The notes: generated from the sequence alone by a model not told the origin. A DNA stretch of 32,000 bases from Nitrosarchaeum sp. (GCA_003569705.1 BGOU01000010.1:203694-235693); one strand, 5' to 3'; numbered from the stretch's first letter, positions 8,730 through 17,875 are shown. Numbers and translations are program-made.

Positions 8730-9406
8730 TTTTTAACACCGATTGTATTTAGCAGAGACTCAAAAATTAGAGAAGACGGTTTATTATCAATTGGATTAAT
8801 TTCAGATTCAGCAGCTCTTTCTGGATGAGGCATCATACCAACAACATTGCCATCCTCATTACAAACCCCAGCTATTTTATCTGAAGAACCATTTACTACT
8901 TCGCTGTATCTAAATACAATTTGGTTTTTCTTCTTTAATTTTTTAAGTGTCTCATCATCCACATAATATCTTCCTTCACCATTTGCAATTGGTATTGGAA
9001 TTTTTTGATGTAGTTTTAATTTATTTGTAAAAGGAGTGGTGTTATTTTCAACTATCAGATTTGTCCACTTGCACATAAAATTAAGGGATGTATTTTTGAG
9101 CAATGCACCAGGTAACAAACCAGCCTCGACAAGAATTTGAAACCCATTACACACCCCTAAAATTGGAATTCCTTTTTCTGCCATTTTTCTGACATCTTTA
9201 ATTATTGGACTATGGGCTGCAATTGCGCCTGATCTTAATCTATCACCATAAGAAAATCCGCCTGGAAGGATTACTGCATCGATGTTTTTTGGTAGTCCTT
9301 TTTCATGCCAAAAATACTCTGCATTTAATTTGAAAACATCAGTCAAAACATGATACATATCTCGATCACAATTACTACCTGGAAAAACTATTACGCCTAC
9401 CTTCAC
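8726..9406 (-). CDS. purQ: phosphoribosylformylglycinamidine synthase subunit I (glutaminase)
   Basis: 226 aa. Motifs FPGSNCDRD, GGFSYGD, GVCNGFQIL and MPHPER (class I GATase triad). Confidence 0.95.
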   Translation of the reverse strand: MKVGVIVFPGSNCDRDMYHVLTDVFKLNAEYFWHEKGLPKNIDAVILPGGFSYGDRLRSGAIAAHSPIIKDVRKMAEKGIPILGVCNGFQILVEAGLLPGALLKNTSLNFMCKWTNLIVENNTTPFTNKLKLHQKIPIPIANGEGRYYVDDETLKKLKKKNQIVFRYSEVVNGSSDKIAGVCNEDGNVVGMMPHPERAAESEINPIDNKPSSLIFESLLNTIGVKN

Positions 9407-9540
9407 AACTAGAATTATTAGCAGAGATATTTAATTTGAATCTAGTCAAAAACACCAAAATGAATAATATGATCGCTTGGCACTAATCATAAGAAATTAC
9501 TCATAAATTAAACAATTTAGAAGATAAAACCGATTATCAA

Positions 9541-9801
9541 TCAAGCATCAAATACATCAATTGTGACTTTGCTCACCATTGGATTGTAAATGCGTAATTC
9601 ATCGCAAATTTCTTGGACTTTGGTTTTTGCAGATTTTTTATCTTTTTCCTTGATTGTAAATTTTAGCATTTTTGCAGTTTTGATTTTAGATATTACTGAA
9701 TGTGTGCCTTTCAATACAAGATCATTTAGAATTGTTTCACCTTCAGGATCACTGATTCCGGGTTTGTTTTCAATGATTACATGAACATCAAAGGTAGCCA
9801 T
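9541..9801 (-). CDS. purS: phosphoribosylformylglycinamidine synthase subunit PurS
   Basis: 86 aa. Pattern V.V..KPGISDPEGETI...L is typical of PurS, and the gene lies immediately upstream of purQL. Confidence 0.9.
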   Translation of the reverse strand: MATFDVHVIIENKPGISDPEGETILNDLVLKGTHSVISKIKTAKMLKFTIKEKDKKSAKTKVQEICDELRIYNPMVSKVTIDVFDA

Positions 9802-9924
9802 TAATAATTTGCAAAATCAAAAAGAGATTAATCTATCTTCCTACCAAGTTTTATGTTTTTATACTTAAATTCATAGATATTAACATAAAATAATTTTTTA
9901 ATTTAAAATTTTAAAATAAAAAAA

Positions 9925-10761
9925 CTAGTTGCTTCCTATTAGGAAGACAACATTTGCGCTGGTACTAACGTCTTGATCTGATGAGAATATGGGTGTTGGT
10001 GCAGATGATTTTTCCATTCCACCATAAGCCCTATCATACATTGGCATTGGATATGGCATTGAAAATTCAGATAGAGATATCTCCTTTACTCCAATTATTT
10101 TGTAGTTTAGTGGAGATACAGCTATTTCTGCTTTAGACTTTGCATTCAGAATCGCTTTTTCTAAAAGGTCATCTTTGAGTTTAGAAGTAACTTCTGGAGA
10201 TAGTGAAAAAAATACACTGTCCACTCTATTAACTCCTGCACTTACTGCGCCATCGATGATTGCAGCTACACTATCAAGTTTCTTAGTTTTTACATTGACG
10301 ATATTGCTTACTTTGTATCCAACAAGTTTTTGTGTGTAAATGCCAGTTTCTTTTTCCTGATAGTTATCATATACAGGATAGATGTTAAACTGGGATGTAC
10401 TGATTTCAGAATCAGTAATTCCAACTTGTTTTATAGCAACTATCACTTTATTCATCAATTCAGAATTTGTAGCGAGTGCTTCACTAGCAGTTTTTTCTTG
10501 AATTTCAACACCAAAACTAATGTTTACAAGATCTGGCTCTACACTTGAAATTGCACTTCCTGTAACAGATATCACTTTTTCTCTAGATGGGAAAGGGGTG
10601 ACCTCTTGTGCATTTACATTTGGTGTGGCCGAAATTGCGCTCATAGTCACGGAGACTACCAGTACAGCAATGATTGCTGTGATGATTTGTTTTGAATGTT
10701 TCATAATATACCGAATATATTTTTGTAGATAAGGTTTGATTAAATCCCATTTTAACAACAA
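9925..10761 (-). CDS. secreted SIMPL-domain (DUF541) protein
   Basis: 278-aa track ORF. The real start is more likely ATG 10704, giving MKHSKQIITAIIAVLVVSV (signal or anchor). Pattern ISVTGSA..SVEPD...ISFGVE....TASEA...N is typical of SIMPL. Confidence 0.8.
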   Translation of the reverse strand: MLLKWDLIKPYLQKYIRYIMKHSKQIITAIIAVLVVSVTMSAISATPNVNAQEVTPFPSREKVISVTGSAISSVEPDLVNISFGVEIQEKTASEALATNSELMNKVIVAIKQVGITDSEISTSQFNIYPVYDNYQEKETGIYTQKLVGYKVSNIVNVKTKKLDSVAAIIDGAVSAGVNRVDSVFFSLSPEVTSKLKDDLLEKAILNAKSKAEIAVSPLNYKIIGVKEISLSEFSMPYPMPMYDRAYGGMEKSSAPTPIFSSDQDVSTSANVVFLIGSN

Positions 10762-10795
10762 GTCTTAATAAGATACTTCTGATTGGACTGGTTCA

Positions 10796-11503
10796 TTGAA
10801 AGACGACGTGGAAGACGAAGCAATGGGAATTTCAGATAGAGTGGAAATTCTATCAACAGAAGACCAAAAGATGAAAGCGATTGGAGAGATACTAAGTTCG
10901 GATTCAAGTAGAGCAATTTTAAAAATTTTATTCAACGATTCATTGACGGCAAATCAAATATCACAAAAAATAGAGATTTCATTACCACTGGTAATTTATC
11001 ATTTAAAAAAGATGCAAGAGTCAGGAATAGTAAAAATCACAAGTGTTGGAAAAAATACAAAATCCCACGACATGAAGTTCTATACGGTGGATAAGCTTGC
11101 GATAATAATACTACCATCAAAAATGTCCGAGCCTGCAAAAAAGAGCAAATCTCTTTTTAATTCATTTACAAGAATTCACAGATTAGCTACACTTGGAGGA
11201 GCGTCCATAGCTGCATGGGTTTCATCACAGATTATTCAAAAAGAAATGGAATCTAAATTGGATGTAGAGCCAACTTCAATGATGAGAAACATGCCTTCTG
11301 AAACGCCACAGATGGCTCTCAAAGCAATGCCTGCACAGGATATTAGTAATACCATATCTGTATCTGCTGTACAACCCACAGATCCATTAATTCAATTATT
11401 ATGGTCTGCAATAGCAGTGTTGGCAGTAATAGTCACAGGTCTTGTTATTGAAGTAATAATTTCTAAAAAATACAGTTCCAAATCAGTCAATCACACCTCT
11501 TGA
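10796..11503 (+). CDS. membrane-tethered ArsR-like winged-helix protein
   Basis: 235 aa from TTG 10796, with an alternative ATG at 10823. N-terminal HTH (SSRAILKILFNDSLTANQISQKI..SLPLVIYHLKKMQESGIV), a hydrophobic segment LATLGGASIAAWV and a C-terminal TM LLWSAIAVLAVIVTGLVIEVII. Confidence 0.7.
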   Translation: MKDDVEDEAMGISDRVEILSTEDQKMKAIGEILSSDSSRAILKILFNDSLTANQISQKIEISLPLVIYHLKKMQESGIVKITSVGKNTKSHDMKFYTVDKLAIIILPSKMSEPAKKSKSLFNSFTRIHRLATLGGASIAAWVSSQIIQKEMESKLDVEPTSMMRNMPSETPQMALKAMPAQDISNTISVSAVQPTDPLIQLLWSAIAVLAVIVTGLVIEVIISKKYSSKSVNHTS

Positions 11504-11563
11504 AATTATACAAATAACACCAGACATTGGAATTTATATCAGATTACTTGAGAATATCACATA

Positions 11564-12028
11564 TTGTCAAGATCAAGATATTGGAAGATCACAGCAGATG
11601 AAATGCAGAAATTTGTCTACAATGAAGAAAAATTACTAAATTGGGAAATTAAATGCATCAGGGAACCAGATGTAGAAGCAATTTTTATCGGTATTTTCAT
11701 GTATAGAAACGGCACACCGTATGACTATGAATCAATCAAGGGAATTACATATTATTACAACAACATACCAAGAAGTGAATTACCTTCTATCACAAGTTTT
11801 CTTCAAGAGAGATTTGGTGGAAAAGAGATGGCAAAAGGTGAAAGAATATTTCTCAAAGATTCAAAGGAAATCTATTCCAGTAAAGACATAGCAGCATTAG
11901 CAAAAAGTATGGAACAGAAATTTAAGACCAAGGCCATCATATCATTAGAATTTCATGATTTGAGTACAGAAGAACTCAAAAATGCCGGATTACCAGAAGC
12001 AAAGCTACTTCCCATTCCAGGCAAATAG
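11564..12028 (+). CDS. hypothetical protein
   Basis: 154-aa ORF with a TTG start and balanced composition. No family recognised. Confidence 0.5.
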   Translation: MSRSRYWKITADEMQKFVYNEEKLLNWEIKCIREPDVEAIFIGIFMYRNGTPYDYESIKGITYYYNNIPRSELPSITSFLQERFGGKEMAKGERIFLKDSKEIYSSKDIAALAKSMEQKFKTKAIISLEFHDLSTEELKNAGLPEAKLLPIPGK

Positions 12029-12058
12029 ATAAAACAGTTTAAGATAGATAGATTTTAG

Positions 12059-12859
12059 TTGTCATCAATTGAAGGTATCAATCAACATCTAGAAGAACTA
12101 CGAAAACGAGTTATGCGAACTATTATAGTAATAGGAATAATTTTTGTATTCATAATTTCATGTCATTTATACCCAATTGATATTGCAGGGTTTCAACTAT
12201 ACTATCCTGCACTAGATCCAATAAATAATGTTGCAGCACAGATTACAAATCATATGAAAAACAATTTAGTTCCAGAAGGGGTTCAATTAATACAAACAGA
12301 ACCAGGACAAGCTCTCTTTGCCCAAATTTATGTCGGAGCACTGGTGGCAATAGTAGTTGGAATGCCAATAATAATCAAAGAGTCAGTAGGATTCATAAAA
12401 CCTGCATTAAAAGAACGTGAAATTAAAGTTACACGTAGCATTGCACTTCCGGCATTAGCATTATTCATAACAGGTTGTATCTTTTCATATTTTTTAGTAA
12501 TTCCATACATGTTAGAATTTCTTTACATGTACGGAGATGCATCTGGATTAATCACATTTCTTAACATAATGGATTTTATCACATTTGTTTTACAATATTT
12601 ACTTGCGTTTGGTGTGTCATTTCAGCTTCCATTGATAATGTACGCATTATCAATGTCAGGAATAGTAGGTAATACTTTTTGGAGAAAAAATATAAGATAT
12701 GCAATACTGGCAATCGTAATCTTTGGCGCAATAGTCACTCCGGATGGAAGTGGGGTGACCATGTGGTTCATTGCAGTGCCGATGATGGCTCTTTATCTTG
12801 GAGGCATGATAGTAATTGAGCACAAAAAACGTAAAAAAGATTTAAATCTTAAATCATAG
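12059..12859 (+). CDS. tatC: twin-arginine translocase subunit TatC
   Basis: 266 aa with six predicted TM segments. N-terminal HLEELRKR is typical of TatC, and tatA follows directly. Confidence 0.9.
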   Translation: MSSIEGINQHLEELRKRVMRTIIVIGIIFVFIISCHLYPIDIAGFQLYYPALDPINNVAAQITNHMKNNLVPEGVQLIQTEPGQALFAQIYVGALVAIVVGMPIIIKESVGFIKPALKEREIKVTRSIALPALALFITGCIFSYFLVIPYMLEFLYMYGDASGLITFLNIMDFITFVLQYLLAFGVSFQLPLIMYALSMSGIVGNTFWRKNIRYAILAIVIFGAIVTPDGSGVTMWFIAVPMMALYLGGMIVIEHKKRKKDLNLKS

Positions 12860-12871
12860 AATATATCTCAG

Positions 12872-13081
12872 ATGACACTACAAAGCATTTTTCTTGCAAT
12901 GCCTGGTGGATCTGAGTTATTAATAATCATAGTACTAGCAGTGGTGTTTATCTTTGGAGCAAAGAAAATACCAGAACTAGCTAAAACTTTGGGCAAAGCA
13001 AAAGGAGAGTTTGAGAAAGGCAAGCTTGAGGGAGAAAAAGAGCTAAATGATTTTAAAAACAAAGAAAAAAAGTTAGACTAG
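12872..13081 (+). CDS. tatA: twin-arginine translocase subunit TatA/E
   Basis: 69 aa, possibly starting at the internal ATG 12899 (MPGGSELLIIIVLAVVFIFGAKKIPELAKTLGKAKGEFEKG), which is the canonical TatA TM plus amphipathic helix. Confidence 0.85.
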   Translation: MTLQSIFLAMPGGSELLIIIVLAVVFIFGAKKIPELAKTLGKAKGEFEKGKLEGEKELNDFKNKEKKLD

Positions 13082-13506
13082 GATTCCGCAATTACAATAA
13101 GTTCATCAATAATTTTAGAATATTCGTCTGAAATCTTAGGTTTACCAAAAAAATCAGACAGTTTCATGATACCTTTTAGTTTCCAATCGACTTCAAGAGT
13201 CATCTTTGTTCCATGTGAAATGGTCTCATATCGTGTAATGATATGAGTCCCTTTTGCATCACCTCCAATAATAAAAATTTCATGTAATACGGGTTCATCA
13301 ATTACATGTTTTACCATCATAACTAATTCTCGCCCAACAATTCGTAGGTGTTCTTCTACAACAGATACATTTCCACGAACAGATATTGTTCTAACAGACG
13401 GATAGTATTGTGGAATAATTTTTTGAAAATTTTCATAATTTGTTGCAAGTTCAAAAATTTTTTTTCTATCAGCCTTTACGATTTTTTCAAAAACAGTTTT
13501 TGGCAA
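13078..13506 (-). CDS. SRPBCC (START/Bet v1-like, polyketide cyclase/dehydrase family) protein
   Basis: 142 aa. N-terminal pattern F.KIVKADRKKIFELATNYENFQKIIPQY is typical of the SRPBCC superfamily. Confidence 0.65.
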   Translation of the reverse strand: MPKTVFEKIVKADRKKIFELATNYENFQKIIPQYYPSVRTISVRGNVSVVEEHLRIVGRELVMMVKHVIDEPVLHEIFIIGGDAKGTHIITRYETISHGTKMTLEVDWKLKGIMKLSDFFGKPKISDEYSKIIDELIVIAES

Positions 13507-13513
13507 TTATAGT

Positions 13514-14071
13514 TTAGAAAGTACCCCAGCGAGGGTATAAACCGTGCTCTAGATCAAATTGGTCCAAGCATTTCCCAACACCGTGATTTACAATATCATC
13601 AATAGTTTTTGGTTTTGTGTAAAATTCTGTAACAGGCGGTAAAATCACAACACCCAATCTAGACAACTTGAGCATATTTTCAAGATGAATTGCAGATAGT
13701 GGAGTTTCTCTGACCATTAAGATTAGTTTTCTAGATTCCTTAATTGTAACACCTGCGGCTCTTGCTACAAGAGTATCATCATAGCCATTTGCGATTGCAG
13801 ATAGTGTTTTCATACTACATGGTGCAACTATCATACCGTCAACTTTGTGAGTTCCACTAGAAACACTAGAGGCCATATTTTTTTCATCAGACGTATTTGT
13901 TGCAAGAGACTTTACATAATCAAGGGAAAATTCTGTCTCCATAGAAATACACTTGATAGCCCACTCTGACATTATAAGATGAGTTTCAACATCTAATTTT
14001 TTGAGAACCTCCAATAAACGAATTCCATAGATAACGCCGGTACTACCAGTAATACCAACAATTAATTTCAT
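13514..14071 (-). CDS. ubiX: flavin prenyltransferase UbiX
   Basis: 185 aa. Motifs MKLIVGITGSTGVIYGIRLLEVL, APCSMKTLSAIANG and ERRKL-like RKLILMVRETPL. Confidence 0.9.
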   Translation of the reverse strand: MKLIVGITGSTGVIYGIRLLEVLKKLDVETHLIMSEWAIKCISMETEFSLDYVKSLATNTSDEKNMASSVSSGTHKVDGMIVAPCSMKTLSAIANGYDDTLVARAAGVTIKESRKLILMVRETPLSAIHLENMLKLSRLGVVILPPVTEFYTKPKTIDDIVNHGVGKCLDQFDLEHGLYPRWGTF

Positions 14072-14135
14072 TATGAGTTATCTGAAATATCACGGTATTT
14101 TATCTATTAGCTAGCAAAGCAATGTTGGCACTTGA

Positions 14136-14330
14136 TTAGATATTTTGTGCCTCATCATCGTATGCATCTAATTTCTGTTGTGCCTTTCTTCTTTTGAACC
14201 ATAAAGAAATTCCACCCACAGTCATTGCAGATAACAAAATCACTCCTGCCATCTGTAATTCAAGAGAATATAACACATAGTTACCTACAAGTCTTTTCAA
14301 AAAAATCTTGTGATCAGATAATCGATCCAA
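14136..14330 (-). CDS. small single-pass membrane protein (hypothetical)
   Basis: 64-aa ORF. The internal Met gives MAGVILLSAMTVGGISLWFKRRKAQQKL (TM followed by a basic stop-transfer segment). Confidence 0.45.
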   Translation of the reverse strand: MDRLSDHKIFLKRLVGNYVLYSLELQMAGVILLSAMTVGGISLWFKRRKAQQKLDAYDDEAQNI

Positions 14331-14375
14331 ATAATTGAAAATTAGCTATATTAGTTCCTGTTTGGTAGTCAAAAT

Positions 14376-15467
14376 GTGATTAATAATTCAGAGATTAAAA
14401 AAATTATTAGCGAATATTCCGATGTAAGAATAGGAGTGATGGGCAGTCATTCTGCATTAGAAGTCATGGACGGAGCAAAAGATGAAAATTTTCAGACTGT
14501 TGTTTACTGCCAAAAAGGTAGAGAAGCGCCCTATCAAAGATTCAGCAGAATAGCCGATGAAATTGTGATTTTAAATAAATTCAAAGACATGGCATCATCT
14601 AAAATTCAAAAGACAATGAGAGATACAAATACCATAGTAATTCCACATAGATCACTTACTGTATATCTTGGATACAAGACTCTGGAAAATTCATTCAAGG
14701 TTCCGATATTTGGAAATAGAAAATTATTCCAGGCAGAAGAGAGAACTGCCAAACGAAATCAGTACTATCTATTAGAAAAAGCAAAAATAAAATTTCCAAA
14801 ATTATTCAAAGACCCAAAAAGCATCAACAGACCATGTATTGTCAAAGTTCAAGAAATGAAAAGACCATTAGAACGCGCTTTTTTTACTGTGTCATCATAC
14901 AAAGACTATAAAGAAAAATCAGAGGCAAAGATAAAACAAGGACTGATCTCTAGAAAAGATTTAGAAAAATCAAGCATAGAAGAACTGGCAATTGGAACAT
15001 ACATGAATTTTAATTTCTTTCACACACCAATATCAAAACAAGTTGATTTTATCGGAATAGAAAGAAGACTGCAAACCAATGTGCATGACTATAATGCGCT
15101 TCCTGCAAAACAACAGTTGGAAATAGATATAGAAATACAAAATATCGAAGTTGGTCACACACCAGCGAGTATCAGAGAGTCACTACTTGAAAAAGTAATC
15201 AAGATGGGAGACAAATTTGTAGCTGCTGTAAAAAAGGAATATGCTCCAGGAATAATAGGGCCATTTTCACTACAAAGTGTGATTACAAAAGATTTAGAAT
15301 TAATAGTATATGATGTATCACTTCGTGTTCCAGGCAATCCAATTGTTGCAACTACTAGCCCATATACAAAATATCAATATGGTAAAACCTTTGGAGTGGG
15401 CAGAAGAATAGCAATGGAAATAAAACGTGCCCAAGAAGAAGACCGTTTAGATGAAATAGTAACGTAA
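14376..15467 (+). CDS. purP: 5-formaminoimidazole-4-carboxamide ribonucleotide (FAICAR) synthetase, archaeal ATP-grasp type
   Basis: 363 aa. N-terminal IGVMGSHSALEVMDGAKDENF and C-terminal GPFSLQSV....L...VYDVSLRVPG are typical of PurP. Confidence 0.9.
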   Translation: MINNSEIKKIISEYSDVRIGVMGSHSALEVMDGAKDENFQTVVYCQKGREAPYQRFSRIADEIVILNKFKDMASSKIQKTMRDTNTIVIPHRSLTVYLGYKTLENSFKVPIFGNRKLFQAEERTAKRNQYYLLEKAKIKFPKLFKDPKSINRPCIVKVQEMKRPLERAFFTVSSYKDYKEKSEAKIKQGLISRKDLEKSSIEELAIGTYMNFNFFHTPISKQVDFIGIERRLQTNVHDYNALPAKQQLEIDIEIQNIEVGHTPASIRESLLEKVIKMGDKFVAAVKKEYAPGIIGPFSLQSVITKDLELIVYDVSLRVPGNPIVATTSPYTKYQYGKTFGVGRRIAMEIKRAQEEDRLDEIVT

Positions 15468-15699
15468 AATTCTATTTCAGCATATTTTAACTCTTTAATC
15501 ATCGACCTAAAATGACAAAGATATATTTCATTGATAGTACAAACAAATTTGTTAATTGGCTAGATTAGGAAATATATTGAATACCTAACGTTTTGATTCA
15601 AATAATTAAAAGAACGGTTTTTGTTTGAAGCAAGATGCTGGATGCCAGTTAACATCAAAATACAAACTCTTTTTTGTCAGACTTTCATAAAAGATACAA

Positions 15700-15960
15700 A
15701 TGCCAAGAACAATTTACATTCGAGAAATAATCACAATATTAAAAGAACCAAAATTATGTCCTACATGTCAAAAAGATGACAGATTAGAAAAAAATGTTGT
15801 TTTTGAAAGAAGATCTGATGGCCAGACAATACTATGCACACGTTGTGAGGCATTAACAGTAGTTACAAATCACAATCTTAGAGAAGTAGAATTATCAGCT
15901 ACGAAAGATTATCAAGTAATGTTAAAAGAACCGCATCTAATAAGAAAAGTCACATATTAG
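15700..15960 (+). CDS. hypothetical zinc-ribbon protein
   Basis: 86 aa. CPTC...(22 aa)...CTRC is a four-Cys arrangement. Confidence 0.5.
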   Translation: MPRTIYIREIITILKEPKLCPTCQKDDRLEKNVVFERRSDGQTILCTRCEALTVVTNHNLREVELSATKDYQVMLKEPHLIRKVTY

Positions 15961-16040
15961 ATTACAGATAGAAAAAATATACGATTAAGGAAGTAATTCT
16001 TTAATGACATAGTTTCGAACATATGCAAATTCCCATTCCT

Positions 16041-16220
16041 TCAAGTCTGCGTTTTACATTCTTCTTTAATGATTAATCCAGCGAGTCCTTTACTCCAAAT
16101 GTGTCTGTGTACATCATATACTTCTAAAATTTTACCGTGTTTTGTGATTTTGATACTGCCATGACATCTTTTGATAACTTTAGCAGCAACATTTCGATAT
16201 AAAACATCAAGGTTAGCCAT
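16041..16220 (-). CDS. hypothetical small protein (59 aa, below the ORF-track cutoff)
   Basis: Hand-translated as ATG 16220 ... TGA 16041, giving MANLDVLYRNVAAKVIKRCHGSIKITKHGKILEVYDVHRHIWSKGLAGLIIKEECKTQT. Composition is protein-like, in an otherwise empty 500-bp gap. Confidence 0.35.
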   Translation of the reverse strand: MANLDVLYRNVAAKVIKRCHGSIKITKHGKILEVYDVHRHIWSKGLAGLIIKEECKTQT

Positions 16221-16464
16221 GAAGAATCATTAGTTTTTCGTGTATGAAAAATGTATGGTTTATCAAATAAATATCAAGTATAATACCCATATATCTTAGA
16301 ATGTAGAATAATCAATTGCTGATGATTAACAGAAAAGCTATATCTGATTATTGATGAGTTTGCCGAATTATGAAGCATTTTTTATATATATTTTAGAATT
16401 CAAAATAATTGATTCAAAGAGAACTATAGAATAAACCTCTACATATCAGAGAAGAAAGCGTATT

Positions 16465-17031
16465 GTGATGGAAGATACTACAGACATTATACTAGGTGCA
16501 AAAAAATTTGCTCAGGAAAAACACAAAAATCAAAAAAGAAAAGATGGGGTAACTCCATATTCTGATCATTTAGAGGGAGTTGTAAACAGACTCAAAAACT
16601 TGGGTGTTACAGACAAAGATGTATTGTGTGCAGCGTGGCTTCATGACATCATAGAAGATACAGATGTCACTTTTGATCAAATCAATGAAAGGTTTGGAAG
16701 AGAAGTTGCAGTGATTGTTTTATCATTATCAAAAGATCAAAATATTTTAAAAAAAGACAGAGAAATTCAATACATCAACCAGTTAAAAGATGCATCATTT
16801 CAAACAAAAATCATCAAATTATGTGACATATCTGCAAATCTAAAAGATTTAGCAAATGCACCAATCTCAAAAACTCAGAAAAACAAACAGATCAAAAAAA
16901 TTCTACATTATCTTAGAATAATTAAAAACGACATAATAGAAAATAAATCAGAGTACCCAAAAATTCAAGAGATTATTGATGGGATAAACACCATATGCGT
17001 TAAATTTAGTCAAAAACCAATTTTAATTTAG
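16465..17031 (+). CDS. HD-domain metal-dependent phosphohydrolase, RelA/SpoT-hydrolase (Mesh1/SAH)-like
   Basis: 188 aa. Motifs A..FA.EKHKNQKRKDG.TPY..HLEGV and AAWLHDIIEDTDVTFDQINERFGREVA match the HD_4 hydrolase pattern. Confidence 0.75.
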   Translation: MMEDTTDIILGAKKFAQEKHKNQKRKDGVTPYSDHLEGVVNRLKNLGVTDKDVLCAAWLHDIIEDTDVTFDQINERFGREVAVIVLSLSKDQNILKKDREIQYINQLKDASFQTKIIKLCDISANLKDLANAPISKTQKNKQIKKILHYLRIIKNDIIENKSEYPKIQEIIDGINTICVKFSQKPILI

Positions 17032-17040
17032 AAATGTGGA

Positions 17041-17436
17041 TCAAGTATTAGGATCGACAACGGTAACAGTCATTGAAAGTGGAGGAGATAATGCTTCAGG
17101 ATTATCTATGCTCTCCCAAACAAATATTTCAATAACATACAAACCAGATTCAGTTGGAGTCCAAGATTGTGCGGGTGAAAATGATTGACTTGGAGAAAGG
17201 GAGCCAGTTAGCCACGATAAAGAGATTACAGCTTGCTGTTCATCTTTCACTTGAGTCAAATACGCAAATGATTGCTGAGTATTTTGATTGTTTGAAATAT
17301 CAGCAGTTATCATGATTTGGTTTCCAACGATAAGAGTATGAACATCAGATGAAATTTGTGCTGAAACATATCCAGTATCAGCAAAAGCCAAACTAGTAGT
17401 CGAAAATAAAATTAGAAGAAGTATTAGAAATTTCAT
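17041..17436 (-). CDS. secreted Ig-like/beta-sandwich protein (hypothetical)
   Basis: 131 aa. Signal peptide MKFLILLLILFSTTSLAFA-DT, followed by a Ser/Gln-rich beta-strand-like sequence. Confidence 0.7.
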   Translation of the reverse strand: MKFLILLLILFSTTSLAFADTGYVSAQISSDVHTLIVGNQIMITADISNNQNTQQSFAYLTQVKDEQQAVISLSWLTGSLSPSQSFSPAQSWTPTESGLYVIEIFVWESIDNPEALSPPLSMTVTVVDPNT

Positions 17437-17474
17437 AAATATTACTACTATTCATCATATTTAATCTATATAAA

Positions 17475-17687
17475 ATGAACAAACTCCCTAAGAAATTTCC
17501 AGAATATTTGATTATGTACAAAACACTCACAAAGAAAATTCTAGATTTAAAGGATGAAAAAGAAAAATTACAAAATTCAGAAGCAGAAAAAATTCAGAAT
17601 CAAATAGAAAAATATGAATTAGAAAGAATAAAAATCATCAATATATTTCCTGAAAATTTTTTTAATGATTACTCATCAGAGAAATAG
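17475..17687 (+). CDS. small coiled-coil protein, paralog of 23414..23629
   Basis: 70 aa. Shares YK(T/S)L.K.I...(K/Q).EK and a C-terminal (I/M)FPE(N/I) with the 71-aa ORF at 23414. Confidence 0.55.
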   Translation: MNKLPKKFPEYLIMYKTLTKKILDLKDEKEKLQNSEAEKIQNQIEKYELERIKIINIFPENFFNDYSSEK

Positions 17688-17732
17688 ATTAAAAAATCAC
17701 TATAATTTTAAGTGAGAAAGCGACAGATGTTC

Positions 17733-17814
17733 ATGACTGGAGATTGTTCGAAAGAACAGCTACTGTGTGATACTAGCAGTAATTATACGGTAGAGGATCC
17801 CTCCAGTCATTTTT
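17733..17814 (+). ncRNA. candidate structured RNA or complex terminator (10-bp closing stem, two internal hairpins, oligo-T tail)
   Basis: atgactggag (17733-42) pairs perfectly with ctccagtcat (17801-10). Internal hairpins are tgttc-GAAA-gaaca (17745-58) and tactg...cagta (17761-81). TTTTT follows. Strand is uncertain. Confidence 0.3.
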
Positions 17815-17875
17815 AAAACAAAACAGTATACAAGATAAAGAAATTAAAAAAGTCTAAAATAAAATGAATTCAGGA

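Noticed and set aside
13078-13081. Convergent tatA and SRPBCC genes sharing overlapping stop codons (CTAG)
   Set aside because: This is a real but trivial consequence of genome compaction. No regulatory implication can be supported.
16320-16360. C/D-box sRNA-like string (cTGATGA ... CTGA tta TTGATGA)
   Set aside because: The C to D' spacing is about 17 nt rather than about 12. No CTGA D box follows the C' box at the expected distance, and no terminal stem is present.
17733-17810. Tested the structured element as a tRNA, with or without an intron
   Set aside because: A 7-bp acceptor-like stem can be drawn. However, the next hairpin has a 5-bp stem with a 4-nt loop (not a D-arm), the second hairpin has a 9-11-nt loop (not an anticodon arm), and there is no T-arm or TTCRA loop.
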